Positions 17,675 through 27,985 are shown, counted from the first letter of the stretch. The stretch is 64,000 nucleotides of DNA from Nitrosopumilaceae archaeon (GCA_965207375.1 OZ242274.1:352001-416000); one strand, 5' to 3'. The notes: generated from the letters alone by a model not told the origin. Translations and numbers: made by a program.

Positions 17675-19720
17675 TTAACTGTTTATGTCAGATACTGGAG
17701 AATCATCATATAGGAAAAATGTTGCATAATTTTTTTTATCAAGTACGTTGCGTCCTATGGTTATCCATCTACCTATTGCTTTTTCTTGCTTTGCCTTCTT
17801 GTATCGATGTACTGCTTGCTTGTAAAAATCCTCCATTCCATATCCTCCAATGTATGTAAAGCCAATATCTAATTCTATACTAGATATGTTAGCTTCGGAC
17901 CAGTAATCAGGTTTTGTAGTTTTGTTTACGTATTTGATATTATCAGAAATGTCTTGCCATCCATGGGCAAAATCAAGCAGTGTACCGGTGATCTTTGTGA
18001 ATCCACGTTGATAATATTTTTGCATGTTAAGCAACAGGTCTTGTAGTGTTTCAGGAATCGGCAGTGTAGGTAGGTCGTGGTTTAAGATATAGTAATGCTC
18101 TATAGGATCCATTTTACTAAGCGGTAACAAATAATCCGGGTCATAGTCAGAATTTTCATCAAAGAAAAAATACCCATGTGTCAAATAGTGTCCAAGAAAG
18201 GCAAGCTCATACGGAGATCTGAACGCGTTTTGCCGCTGTACTGTGTTTCTTTGTTCCATATAATGTATAAAGTATATCGGCTGGTTGAGCAAATCCGTTA
18301 TAATATCAAGATCATACAGGTTTACAAACCACGGGCGTATTTTTTTGCCAAAGCAATCAAATGCGGCCACATTTTTGAGGTTGGTAGCCAAAATGTTGGG
18401 CTGATCTGGAGTTACTGCAACAAAAAAGAACTCATAATCAATATCAGGTTGCAGCGTAACTGTACGCCCGTCATCAGCTTCTAGTTTGACCTTTGAACCT
18501 GTAGCATACTCTAGAATCTGCGATACATTGTTCAACGATTTTGATACCTCTGATGCAAACTCTTTGTAAAGATGTTCGCGCAAAGGGCGCAGCTGATACA
18601 ATGAAAGATGTGACTCTACTGTTACAATCACCTTGTTGTCATATATGACACAGGGTCCAGTGTCATTTCTTTTGCCGTCTATTTCATAAGACAAGTTCTC
18701 AAAGATATGTTTTTTGGGAAATACTTTGGATAGTGATTCATATGATTTTTGTAGGATATAATCGGATCTGAGTTGGACAAATTTTTTCCATGTATCTGTA
18801 TTTTGTTTTCGTTCTGATTCTAGCAGGTACTCTAGTGCTTGATCCAGTCGATCTCGTAGTATCTCAGGCTTTGGAAAAAAGAAGGTTTTTTCATCTAGCC
18901 GTATAATGGGCTTGTAAAAAATAATATTATCAGATAACGGTCCTTGAAAATTCTTAAACTGATCTCCAAAGGTGCAGCTAAATGCATCAAGATACGCCAA
19001 AAACACCTTCTTTTCTTGGGAGCTCATCCCGACTGCATACTCTTCTGGATTTATGAACAGTACATCTCTAGAAGCTGCTGCATAAAATGCATAATAACAA
19101 TATTGGTCAATGCAATTTGTTTCATCTACCTCCTCAAAGTATTTGTTTATCCATGATGTCTCTTTGTTCTTTGCAAGTTTCTTGAATTGATTAAATTTGC
19201 CTGTATAGATGCCAGAATTTTGGATTTCAATGACCGTAATGCGTGTAATAAAATCATCAACAAATTTGACGATATCTTTTACACTAAAGCCAAAATGAGA
19301 CATGAAATAATCATCTAGGGGAGAAAATACCTCTAGATGGTATCGAGCCCTTTGTTTGACGTGCAATGGTAATCTGCGTTGGCCTATCTGTTGATATTGA
19401 AAGATATAGTCAGGCGATTCCCTGTCATGTATACGGGGAAACTTGGTGTGCAGATTCAGACAATATTTGGTAAAAAAATCATGCATTTCATCATACAAGG
19501 TATTGAATTCAGCATAGGTGGGCGCGTCTACAGCAAGATTATGATCTGATAAAAACAGTCCCAGAAGGTACTCATCAAGCATGTAGAGGTTTGGAGTGTC
19601 TGCATCCTCAAACTTGTCATCATAAGAATGCCTTGCATAAATCATAAAGTTTGCAACATTTACAGCAGAGACAAATTGAGACATGTGTTCTTTTATCTGT
19701 GAGGGATTCTCATCTAGCAA
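17675..19720 (-). CDS. Large hypothetical protein with a degenerate NERD/PD-(D/E)XK-like region
   Basis: 681-aa ORF; FENLSY...NDTGPCVIYDNKVIVTVES...PWFVNLYDLDIITDLL...YFIHYMEQR pattern. Confidence 0.6.
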   Translation of the reverse strand: MLDENPSQIKEHMSQFVSAVNVANFMIYARHSYDDKFEDADTPNLYMLDEYLLGLFLSDHNLAVDAPTYAEFNTLYDEMHDFFTKYCLNLHTKFPRIHDRESPDYIFQYQQIGQRRLPLHVKQRARYHLEVFSPLDDYFMSHFGFSVKDIVKFVDDFITRITVIEIQNSGIYTGKFNQFKKLAKNKETSWINKYFEEVDETNCIDQYCYYAFYAAASRDVLFINPEEYAVGMSSQEKKVFLAYLDAFSCTFGDQFKNFQGPLSDNIIFYKPIIRLDEKTFFFPKPEILRDRLDQALEYLLESERKQNTDTWKKFVQLRSDYILQKSYESLSKVFPKKHIFENLSYEIDGKRNDTGPCVIYDNKVIVTVESHLSLYQLRPLREHLYKEFASEVSKSLNNVSQILEYATGSKVKLEADDGRTVTLQPDIDYEFFFVAVTPDQPNILATNLKNVAAFDCFGKKIRPWFVNLYDLDIITDLLNQPIYFIHYMEQRNTVQRQNAFRSPYELAFLGHYLTHGYFFFDENSDYDPDYLLPLSKMDPIEHYYILNHDLPTLPIPETLQDLLLNMQKYYQRGFTKITGTLLDFAHGWQDISDNIKYVNKTTKPDYWSEANISSIELDIGFTYIGGYGMEDFYKQAVHRYKKAKQEKAIGRWITIGRNVLDKKNYATFFLYDDSPVSDINS

Positions 19721-19877
19721 TACATCGTATAAAATATGACTAGTATAAACAATTTATCTAGAGAATCATCTACTTTAACCTTGGAGGTAACATTTGACAA
19801 AATTAGGTATGGATATGTTGCAAACTCTGCAATTCATCTTGACAAAAGATTCCAGATATCAAGGTCAGTTGCAAAAG

Positions 19878-20483
19878 CTAGTTTTGAACCTGAACCTTTG
19901 CCTGCTCGTATTTTTCTATAATGGCTGAAAGTACGGTAGATACAGGAATGTCATTCATCTTTTTCTTTTCTGCAAGTAATTTTTGATATGCATCTAGCGT
20001 TATGTATACAGGAATCGAGCCGTTTCCCTCAAGCAGACCTCTTACCTTATACAGGGCAGTTTCCATTCCCTTTTCTGCAGATTTTGCAAACTTTGCCTTG
20101 TCCATAATTGCACCTAATGGCCCAAAGGGCATCTCATAGTGAACTGTCATAGTAACTCTGGTCAGATTATCTCCCAAAGATTTGAATTCATTTATGATTT
20201 GCCATTTTTTAAACGGCCCGTCTATCTGTACTGCACTGATTTTTTCCTCTCTGATAAATTCAGTTGTTTCACAGTCCCACTCTAGTCTTTTGCCGCCAAA
20301 GTCGCTGATAATTCTAAACGTAGTTCCAACGCCCATGCCCTCTTTGATATCCATCGGAATAACAGTCATGCCTACTCCCTTGTCGGCCATCTGATCAGAT
20401 ACGTGTTCTGGTCGTGCAAAATATGTAAAGACCGTATCAACAGGAGTTTTAATATCGATTGATTTGCTTACTACAGTCAACAT
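19878..20483 (-). CDS. SRPBCC/START (polyketide cyclase-like) protein
   Basis: VSKSIDIKTPVDTVF, GVGTTFR, GPFKKW and MPFGPLG motifs; ATG at 20483. Confidence 0.85.
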   Translation of the reverse strand: MLTVVSKSIDIKTPVDTVFTYFARPEHVSDQMADKGVGMTVIPMDIKEGMGVGTTFRIISDFGGKRLEWDCETTEFIREEKISAVQIDGPFKKWQIINEFKSLGDNLTRVTMTVHYEMPFGPLGAIMDKAKFAKSAEKGMETALYKVRGLLEGNGSIPVYITLDAYQKLLAEKKKMNDIPVSTVLSAIIEKYEQAKVQVQN

Positions 20484-20569
20484 TTGTGGTTCTTGCCGGT
20501 GAGGATTTAAAGGTTTTGACAATTTTTGAGAAAATAATTCCGTTGTAATATATTTATCAAGATCGCAAC

Positions 20570-21094
20570 ATGTATGAGTTGGAAAAAATTGCAACAGGTT
20601 CTTTGGTTTTGTTTATTATACTTGCAAGCATTACAGTACCGATGGCTGACGCCCACTCTTTATTTAATTCAGCAGAACAGAGTATAGGAAATCACCGCAT
20701 GCAAATTGCGACCCTGCCAGAATTTCCACAGGTTGGAGAAAAATCACAAATTCTATTTAGATTCACAGACGAGAATTTAAACGAGGTTGACCAATTCACA
20801 ATGGGAATCAGAGTGGAACAAAACGAAAAAAGAATACAAACATTTCAGCCCCAATTGATTGAGGACGGACACTGGGAGATGGACTATGTTTTTGAGAACA
20901 GTGGAAATCATGTTTTCAGAGTGGATGTATATAATTTGGGCAAAAATGGAATTTTAACATATACGTTTAACATGAGTACACAAAGCCCATTTGGATACGT
21001 CTTCTTTTTTGCAATTACTATAGGTGCAGTCATGTTTGCAATAGTTATAGGATACATTTACCTGCCAAAACTAAGGACTAGATTTCAGTCTTAA
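20570..21094 (+). CDS. Membrane-anchored secreted protein (Ig-like, His just after the signal peptide)
   Basis: Signal peptide ending ADA-HS and C-terminal TM helix; next to the oxidase cluster. Confidence 0.7.
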   Translation: MYELEKIATGSLVLFIILASITVPMADAHSLFNSAEQSIGNHRMQIATLPEFPQVGEKSQILFRFTDENLNEVDQFTMGIRVEQNEKRIQTFQPQLIEDGHWEMDYVFENSGNHVFRVDVYNLGKNGILTYTFNMSTQSPFGYVFFFAITIGAVMFAIVIGYIYLPKLRTRFQS

Positions 21095-21521
21095 TTGTCC
21101 GCTTATCGAGCCTAAATGCAAATATTGTTGTCAACAAAACCATTGCAAACAACAGTATTCCAATTCCAAGATGAATTGCGACCAAAACTGCATGCAGTTT
21201 AAGATCAATTACTAGTGCGCCCAATGTAATTTGGGTGACGACTAGTACGGATGCTAGGGTGCTAGTGACTCGGATTTTGACCTCAGAATTCTTTAAAATC
21301 CAGCTTCCAACCGTAGTAGCTAAAACCAGCACTCCAGTAGAGGCTGCAACTACTCTATGAATATACTCTATGAGATACTCTTTGCTTGGAAGTAGTCCGT
21401 CTGGACACAGTGGCCAGTCAGGACAGGTCAGGCCAAGTCCTGCAGCAGAAACATAGCCTCCAACAAACATCAGCGAGTATAAAACGATTAATGTGGATAA
21501 TGCGACATATTTGAGAGCCAA
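21078..21521 (-). CDS. ctaA: Short (4-TM) heme A synthase, COX15/CtaA family
   Basis: AGLGLTCPDWPLC, EYIHR, QITLGA and H motifs. Confidence 0.9.
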   Translation of the reverse strand: MALKYVALSTLIVLYSLMFVGGYVSAAGLGLTCPDWPLCPDGLLPSKEYLIEYIHRVVAASTGVLVLATTVGSWILKNSEVKIRVTSTLASVLVVTQITLGALVIDLKLHAVLVAIHLGIGILLFAMVLLTTIFAFRLDKRTIKTEI

Positions 21522-21523
21522 TA

Positions 21524-22471
21524 TTACTCTACAATAAACGAGCCTACCATGCCCTGTATCGCATGTCCTGGAACAGTACAGATATAATGATACTTTCCTG
21601 GTGCACCTGCAGTAAAGGTAGTACTTGCAGATTCGCCCGGCTTTAACGGATTTGACATTGAGGCAATTTCAGAGCCCCACAATGAGTTGCCAAAATCTGC
21701 CGGATCTGCAGTTATTCCAAATGAGTGAAATGATTTTCCAACATTTGTGGCAGTAAATGTTACCTCATCGCCGGAATTGACCGTAAAGTCAGGATTGTGA
21801 TTTTCTCCCTCTAATGCGTTAAATGCTAGTTTTGTAAGATCGTCTGATTCCACAAAGTCTACTGCAAAGTCATGACTTATGCCTGTTGGTGCTGCAGCCT
21901 CTCCTGAAGGCTCTGCCTCGCCCACAATAATTGTACCTACCATTCCCTGTATCCTGTGTCCTGGTACAGTACAGATGTAATAGTATTGGCCCGCCTCTGT
22001 TGGAACAAATGTTGAAGTGCCGCTTTGGCCTGGCTTTAACGGATTTGACATTGAGGCAATTTCAGAGCCTGAAATAATTCCCTCATAGCCTTGCTCATCT
22101 TGTGTTACACCAAATGAATGAAATGATACTCCATCATTGACTACATCAAATACTAGCTCATCTCCGACATTTGCCTCAAGTGTAGGATTGCTACCGTCCT
22201 CTCCTGGTAACGCATTAAATGCAAGCGTTACAAAGTCAGAGGATTCCACAAATGATAGTGAGACATCAATTGTCTCACCTGTTGCCTGAGCTGGAGCAGA
22301 TACCTGATCATTTGTTGCACCTGTAACGACTGGAGGTAGCTCAGATATCCAGTAATCCCACAGTCCAAAGAAAATTGCGCCGCCAACAATGCAGATTCCA
22401 AGCATGATGGCCATCATTTTGCCTACCCTTGCAGGACTTGTTCTGTAAATTGGTTCGTGGTGTTGGCTCAT
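21524..22471 (-). CDS. Membrane-anchored blue copper protein with two cupredoxin domains
   Basis: Two copies of FHSFG...YICTVPGH..QGM. Confidence 0.9.
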   Translation of the reverse strand: MSQHHEPIYRTSPARVGKMMAIMLGICIVGGAIFFGLWDYWISELPPVVTGATNDQVSAPAQATGETIDVSLSFVESSDFVTLAFNALPGEDGSNPTLEANVGDELVFDVVNDGVSFHSFGVTQDEQGYEGIISGSEIASMSNPLKPGQSGTSTFVPTEAGQYYYICTVPGHRIQGMVGTIIVGEAEPSGEAAAPTGISHDFAVDFVESDDLTKLAFNALEGENHNPDFTVNSGDEVTFTATNVGKSFHSFGITADPADFGNSLWGSEIASMSNPLKPGESASTTFTAGAPGKYHYICTVPGHAIQGMVGSFIVE

Positions 22472-22483
22472 CTTCTTTTTCTC

Positions 22484-24010
22484 CTAGTGATGCGGGTTTT
22501 TGGATTGATACGGATAATAGTATTTTCCTCCTAGTCCGAATGGATCCTCCATGTTGGCAGGCTTTCCCTTGGCAGAACTGTATATCAAGTTTGCAAGGAA
22601 TATTGCCATGCTGATTCCAATTAACATTGCACCTATTGTTGCTATTTGGTTCATTGCAATCCATTCTGGGATTGGCGGATAGTCGTAAATTCTTCTTGGC
22701 ATTCCAAACAGGCCAAGAACGTGTTGAGTGAAAAATACCATAACGGTTCCAATAAATGAGAGAATAAAGTGCACATAGCCGAGTTTTTCTTTGTACATTC
22801 TTCCGGTAACATATGGGAACATGTAATAGACATATCCTATAGAACCAAACGCTATAGTTCCCATTACAAACAGATGAAAGTGTCCAACCACCCAATAGGT
22901 GTCATGTGTTGTAAAGTCCAATGGCATTGCACTGTTAACTACGCCTCCGGCGCCTGCAGAGAAGAACAAGGCAATTCCTCCAACTGCCCACATCATCGGA
23001 GTGGCAAAGCGAATTCTGCCGTTCCACATTGTAGCCAAAAAGTTAAAGACGTGCATTGCAGATGCAGGAACCGCTGCTAGTGTTCCCACCATAAATACGG
23101 TCTTTTCGGTAAATGACATGCCGGTTGCATACATGTGGTGTGCCCATGATGAGAATCCCACAATGGAAAGCAGCACAAATGCAAAGATGCCAGAGCTGTT
23201 GCTGTAAATGGGTTTTCTTGAGAATCTTGGAATGATTTCATACATCATTCCGATTGCAGGAATTACAAGTACGTATACTTCGGGATGGAATGTAAACCAG
23301 AACAGATGGGCATATGCAATTGGATCTCCCCCCATTGCAGGATTGAAGAATCCAGATACACCTAGTCTGTCAGTAAGCAGCATAAGCAGGGCCGCTGCAA
23401 ATGTTGGGATAGCAACAAGAATAATCAAAGATGAGGAAAGAAATGACCATGCAAGTAGCGGGACCTGTCCTAATGACATGTCAGGATGCTTGCATTTCAT
23501 AATAGTTACTACAAAATTAATGGCGCCCAAGACAGAGGATATACCTAAAATCTTTAGTCCAAATATCCACATGTCTGCTGCCGGACCCGGTGCGCTTATA
23601 ATAGAATAGGGAGGAGTAGCATACCACGTAAAGTCTGCAAAGCCCAGCCAAATGAGGGCACCTGCGGGTGGAATCATCCAAAATGCAATTGCATTAAGCT
23701 TTGGATATGCCATATCCTTGTATCTTACCATGATTGGAACAAAATAGTTGCCAACTGCAGAAGCAAACGGTATGATAAACAAAAAGATCAAAGTGGTGCC
23801 GTGAACTGTGAAAATTCGGTTAAAGGTCATTGAATCTGCAATAAATTGTGAACCAGGCAGGAACAGTTCCAACCTAATTGCAAGTGCTAATGAGCCACCT
23901 AAGAACAAAAATGCCAGTGATGAAATCAGATAAAGCAGGCCTACATCAGTGTGGTGAGTTGAAAACATTATTTGCCAAACAGGTCTTGGCTTTTGCAACT
24001 CTAAAACCAT
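22484..24010 (-). CDS. coxA: Heme-copper oxidase subunit I
   Basis: HGTT, FHPEVY, WAHHM and GHFH motifs. Confidence 0.97.
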   Translation of the reverse strand: MVLELQKPRPVWQIMFSTHHTDVGLLYLISSLAFLFLGGSLALAIRLELFLPGSQFIADSMTFNRIFTVHGTTLIFLFIIPFASAVGNYFVPIMVRYKDMAYPKLNAIAFWMIPPAGALIWLGFADFTWYATPPYSIISAPGPAADMWIFGLKILGISSVLGAINFVVTIMKCKHPDMSLGQVPLLAWSFLSSSLIILVAIPTFAAALLMLLTDRLGVSGFFNPAMGGDPIAYAHLFWFTFHPEVYVLVIPAIGMMYEIIPRFSRKPIYSNSSGIFAFVLLSIVGFSSWAHHMYATGMSFTEKTVFMVGTLAAVPASAMHVFNFLATMWNGRIRFATPMMWAVGGIALFFSAGAGGVVNSAMPLDFTTHDTYWVVGHFHLFVMGTIAFGSIGYVYYMFPYVTGRMYKEKLGYVHFILSFIGTVMVFFTQHVLGLFGMPRRIYDYPPIPEWIAMNQIATIGAMLIGISMAIFLANLIYSSAKGKPANMEDPFGLGGKYYYPYQSKNPHH

Positions 24011-24059
24011 TTCAATACTCCTCTAGACTGCAAACTCAAATGTCTGCTTAAAATTGTTA

Positions 24060-24491
24060 TCATGCTACAGGATCCTCCACAATTAATTTTCCACGCATGT
24101 TATAATGAATCAGACCACAGTATTCCCTGCATTGAATATCATGTGTACCTGCCTCGTCTGGAGCAAACCAGACAATATTTGTTCGTCCCGGTACTGCATC
24201 CATCAAAACTACATAGTCATGAATGTTAAACGAATGAATTACATCTGTGGATGTTATCTCAAACTTGTAGGCCTTTCCCGTCTCCACATGAAGCTCACCT
24301 AGCTCCGTTGTGCCGTCTTCGTGTTCAAAGGTCCAGTACCATTGTTGTCCTACAACCTTGATTGTTTTTGCATCTTCTGGTACGTGTTCGACCAGTCTTT
24401 CTGCCTCCCATGCCTCGGCCCCTACCCAGCAAAGAATTGCAATTACTATACCAATGTATACCCATTCAGGCCAATTAGAATGTCCGCCCAT
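24060..24491 (-). CDS. coxB: Heme-copper oxidase subunit II (CuA domain)
   Basis: GQQWYWTF, DVIHSF and CREYCGLIHYNM motifs. Confidence 0.93.
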   Translation of the reverse strand: MGGHSNWPEWVYIGIVIAILCWVGAEAWEAERLVEHVPEDAKTIKVVGQQWYWTFEHEDGTTELGELHVETGKAYKFEITSTDVIHSFNIHDYVVLMDAVPGRTNIVWFAPDEAGTHDIQCREYCGLIHYNMRGKLIVEDPVA

Positions 24492-24493
24492 TT

Positions 24494-24754
24494 CTACCAG
24501 TCCTTACCCTCGTATTCTGTTGGCTTTGCCTTTGGATGAGATTCCCTGAACCTCCAAATCTGCCATACCATTGTACCTGACACTATGGCACCCACAGTAA
24601 AGGCAACTGTCATCATTTTAAAGAATAAATTCCAAATAATTACACGGCGATCAAGATACTCACCTGGCGTATCTCCTGCAGCAAATGCCATTTCTACGGA
24701 TGGCACTATTATCAATACTGTCAACACTAGAAATAATATAACTATGCGCCTCAT
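24494..24754 (-). CDS. Small membrane protein, probable separate N-terminal TM part of oxidase subunit II
   Basis: Signal-like N-terminus; IWNLFF...IWRFRES resembles CoxII helix 1; 2 bp upstream of coxB. Confidence 0.65.
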   Translation of the reverse strand: MRRIVILFLVLTVLIIVPSVEMAFAAGDTPGEYLDRRVIIWNLFFKMMTVAFTVGAIVSGTMVWQIWRFRESHPKAKPTEYEGKDW

Positions 24755-24809
24755 GACGGTTAATTTGTCGTGGCCTAGAAATTCTATTTAAGGGTTTTGA
24801 ACATTTTTG

Positions 24810-25433
24810 CTACCAGGTCTGAGCAAATCTTGATGGATGCATCAGATTAATTGCAGAGCAAGAAATCTGTCCATCTAGTTCTCTGAAAATATTTAGTGAG
24901 GCATTGGCAATAATTAGTTCAAAAAGTATCTTCGGACTAGGATCCATAACTGTCGAAAGCATTGCCTTGATGGGATCCATGTGTGTGACTAGAACAACAT
25001 TTTGGCCGGAATGTTTTTTGACAACATGACTCACGATATCGTCTACTCTTGATTTTACCTGAAAAAAGGTCTCTACACCCCGGTCTGCAATCTCTTGGCT
25101 TCCTTGATAAAATTTCAAAAATACATTGTCATATTTGGAAAAAATATCATCATATGCCATGCCGGTAAAATTTCCCATTTCTAGTTCGACTAGTCGGTCA
25201 TCAACTGTATAGTCTATAGAATTGTGTTTGGCAGCTATTTGTGCAGTCTCTGTTGCCCGCTCAATCGGACTAGAATAAATTGCAGAGACATCAAGATGCT
25301 CTAGGAATTCTGCTGCCTGCTGGGCCTGTTGTTTTCCGGTATCAGTCAGGTGCACCCCAGAGCTTCGCCCCGCAAGGATTCGTTGTGTGTTGTTTGTAGC
25401 TTGGCCGTGGCGTAGGAAGATTATAGATCCCAA
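24810..25433 (-). CDS. Histidine phosphatase (phosphoglycerate mutase family)
   Basis: FLRHGQ, SSPIERA and LVTH motifs; likely TTG start at 25433. Confidence 0.9.
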   Translation of the reverse strand: MGSIIFLRHGQATNNTQRILAGRSSGVHLTDTGKQQAQQAAEFLEHLDVSAIYSSPIERATETAQIAAKHNSIDYTVDDRLVELEMGNFTGMAYDDIFSKYDNVFLKFYQGSQEIADRGVETFFQVKSRVDDIVSHVVKKHSGQNVVLVTHMDPIKAMLSTVMDPSPKILFELIIANASLNIFRELDGQISCSAINLMHPSRFAQTW

Positions 25434-25485
25434 TTTGTTTGTAAAGTCAAATAGAGATAATAATAACATTGTCAGGACATATTCT

Positions 25486-26154
25486 ATGAAGATAGGAATT
25501 ATTGGCGGTACAGGTGGAATGGGAAAGGGATTTTCTCTCAGATGGTGCAAGAACCACGATATTATGATAGGCTCTAGAGAGGCTGCAAGGGCCTCTGCTG
25601 CAGCACAGCAGTACGCAGATTTGGCAAAAGATGCGTTTGGTACAATCGGCGGTACCGTAACAGGCAGCGATAACGCCTCTGTTGCAAAACAAAGTGACGT
25701 ATTGGTTTTGTCAATAGGCTATGAAAACATTGATTCAACATGCTCAGAGTTGTTACCTTTGATTGGCAATGACTGTGTTGTGGTATCTCCAATTGTGCCC
25801 ATGACAAAAACGGATGTAGGTTTTGAATTTATTCCATTAAAGGAGGCAAAGCCATTTTCACATCAGCTTGTAGAAAAATACATGAAAAACAGATCAAAGC
25901 TGGTCTCTGCGTTTCATGTAATTTCTGAAAAAAAGCTTGCAAATCCAGAGTTGACATTAGATTATGACATCTTTGTTTGTGGAGACGCAGAGGCAGTAGA
26001 GACAGTAAACGGACTAGTCAATGAAATCAGTGGTTTGCGTCCTGTTTACTTGGGTCCTGGTTCACTAGCATACATGGCAGAGATTGCAACCCCGTTGCTG
26101 CTAAATGCCATGATAAGAAACAAGATGAAAAATCCAGGTATCAAGCTAGTCTAA
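25486..26154 (+). CDS. npdG: F420-dependent NADP oxidoreductase
   Basis: MKIGIIGGTGGMG, IGSR, VSAFH and DIFVCGD motifs. Confidence 0.85.
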   Translation: MKIGIIGGTGGMGKGFSLRWCKNHDIMIGSREAARASAAAQQYADLAKDAFGTIGGTVTGSDNASVAKQSDVLVLSIGYENIDSTCSELLPLIGNDCVVVSPIVPMTKTDVGFEFIPLKEAKPFSHQLVEKYMKNRSKLVSAFHVISEKKLANPELTLDYDIFVCGDAEAVETVNGLVNEISGLRPVYLGPGSLAYMAEIATPLLLNAMIRNKMKNPGIKLV

Positions 26155-26156
26155 AA

Positions 26157-26387
26157 ATGAGCAGACAGGATAATCGCCGTGGTAGAAATTGGTTTACCGC
26201 CATGGGGGCAATGTTTCTCATTATGGCTACAATTGTATTTGTAAGACAGCTGTTTTTATGGGGCCCTGATTTTGTCTTGGATTTTTTAATTAATGCAGAA
26301 TTTACAAATGAGAAAATCTCTGCTGCAATGATGATTTTTGGCAGCATTATGATAACAAAAGGATTGTTAAAAAATGATAACAGATGA
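26157..26387 (+). CDS. Small two-TM hypothetical protein
   Basis: Tightly packed in an operon; two hydrophobic segments. Confidence 0.7.
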   Translation: MSRQDNRRGRNWFTAMGAMFLIMATIVFVRQLFLWGPDFVLDFLINAEFTNEKISAAMMIFGSIMITKGLLKNDNR

Positions 26388-26772
26388 GTTTGTAAAGAGT
26401 CAAAAGATCTTGCATTTGACAACGATTAATCCAAAAGGAATTCCGCACATAGTTCCGGTTTGGTACCTGTATAGTGCAAAAAAATTCTACATAGGTACAA
26501 ACACTAAAACGGTAAAGGCAAGGAACCTACAGCACAATAACAGGGTGGCATTTTGTATAGATACCGGAATCAATGCGCCTGACATTTATGGAATTACAGG
26601 AGACGGTACTGCAAAATTAATTTTAGAGCAAAAGCAGGTAAGAAAAATTGCAGTAAAGATACTATGCCGATATTTTAAAACAATTGCAGACAGCTCAGCG
26701 CAAGAGCTGCTAGATGATACAGATTGCATCATAGAAATTTTGCCAAACAAGACTGCAAAGTGGCATTATTGA
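26374..26772 (+). CDS. Pyridoxamine 5'-phosphate oxidase-like (F420/FMN split-barrel) protein
   Basis: LTTINPKGIPHIVPVWY and KARNLQHNNRVAFCID motifs. Confidence 0.85.
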   Translation: MITDEFVKSQKILHLTTINPKGIPHIVPVWYLYSAKKFYIGTNTKTVKARNLQHNNRVAFCIDTGINAPDIYGITGDGTAKLILEQKQVRKIAVKILCRYFKTIADSSAQELLDDTDCIIEILPNKTAKWHY

Positions 26773-27941
26773 TGCATAAAGTCTTCAATTTTATCCAAGA
26801 CAGATTCCAAGACTGAGATTTCAGGCAAAAAAACCAGCCGAAAGTGACCGCGTCCATAGGCCTGCCCAAAGCCTGAACCGTGTACTACAAGTACACCTTT
26901 TGATTCTAATAGTTTCAAAACAAATTCCTGATCATCTGCATATGGATTAGTATCAATTTTTGGAAATGCATAAAATGCACCTCGGGGAAGGGGGCATGAT
27001 AATCCTGGAATTTCATTTAATCTCTTGACTACTAGATCGCGTCTTTGTTTTAATTCATTGACAAACCTGCTTATATAGTCCTGTGGTCCGCGCAAGGATT
27101 CCAATGCGGCGTGCTGTACGGGCAGGTTAGTAGCAATACGTACTCTGGCCAATTTTGGCAGATGCTGTTTTAGTGGCTCAAGCTTTTGAGATTGATTAAA
27201 TGCAATATAGCCGATTCGCCAGCCCGTCATCAGGTGTACCTTAGAAAAGCCGTTTAGGACTATTACCGGCGAGTCACTAGATACCTTTCCTATTCCAAAG
27301 AATTTCTCGTCATAAATTATCTGATCATAGATTTCATCACATATTACATACAAGTTGTGTTCGTTGGCAACATCGATTAAATCCTTTAATGCTTTTTCGT
27401 TAAACACGACACCGGTAGGGTTGTTTGGACTGATTAAACAGATTGCAACGGTTTTTGATGTTATTTTTGAGCGAATATCGTCTAGGTCAGGGGTGGAATT
27501 ATCCAAATCCACTCCAAACTCAACTGCAATACCTCCATGCAGGCGAATATAAGATGCATATGGTGGATAATATGGTCCGGGCAGCAACACCTCATCACCG
27601 TCTTCTACAATTGAGGCAATTATCATCTCAAGTGCTTCAGAGACGCCGTTTGTAACTAGTACATCGTTGCCAGAAATTGAGAATCCCTTGTGATTTTCTT
27701 TCTCAGCTATGGCCTGCTGTAGTTCAGGCAGTCCCTCTGACTGGGAATAATAATTATGATTGTTTTTAACGGCATTGATCAGGGCGTTTTTTACATTATC
27801 AGGAGGTTGGAATCCGTATTGAACCGGATCACCGATGTTTAGATAATCCACATGTTTTCCCCGTGCCTCTAATTTTCTAGCAGCTGTTACAATGTCTCTA
27901 ATTGCGTATTCAACGCCTGCAACCTTTTTTGAAATTTTCAA
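26766..27941 (-). CDS. Class I/II PLP aminotransferase (alanine aminotransferase-like)
   Basis: YAIRD, LNIGDP, SPNNPTG, DEIYD and GFSK..MTGWRIG motifs; likely TTG start at 27941. Confidence 0.92.
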   Translation of the reverse strand: MKISKKVAGVEYAIRDIVTAARKLEARGKHVDYLNIGDPVQYGFQPPDNVKNALINAVKNNHNYYSQSEGLPELQQAIAEKENHKGFSISGNDVLVTNGVSEALEMIIASIVEDGDEVLLPGPYYPPYASYIRLHGGIAVEFGVDLDNSTPDLDDIRSKITSKTVAICLISPNNPTGVVFNEKALKDLIDVANEHNLYVICDEIYDQIIYDEKFFGIGKVSSDSPVIVLNGFSKVHLMTGWRIGYIAFNQSQKLEPLKQHLPKLARVRIATNLPVQHAALESLRGPQDYISRFVNELKQRRDLVVKRLNEIPGLSCPLPRGAFYAFPKIDTNPYADDQEFVLKLLESKGVLVVHGSGFGQAYGRGHFRLVFLPEISVLESVLDKIEDFMHQ

Positions 27942-27985
27942 TGTATCTAGACAGATATTTAGGTCTGTTAAATTCCTACTTGTTT

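Noticed and set aside
22341-22895. 184-aa alternative-frame ORF over coxA, and the many antisense ORFs in the track
   Set aside because: They overlap well-supported genes and show no recognisable motifs
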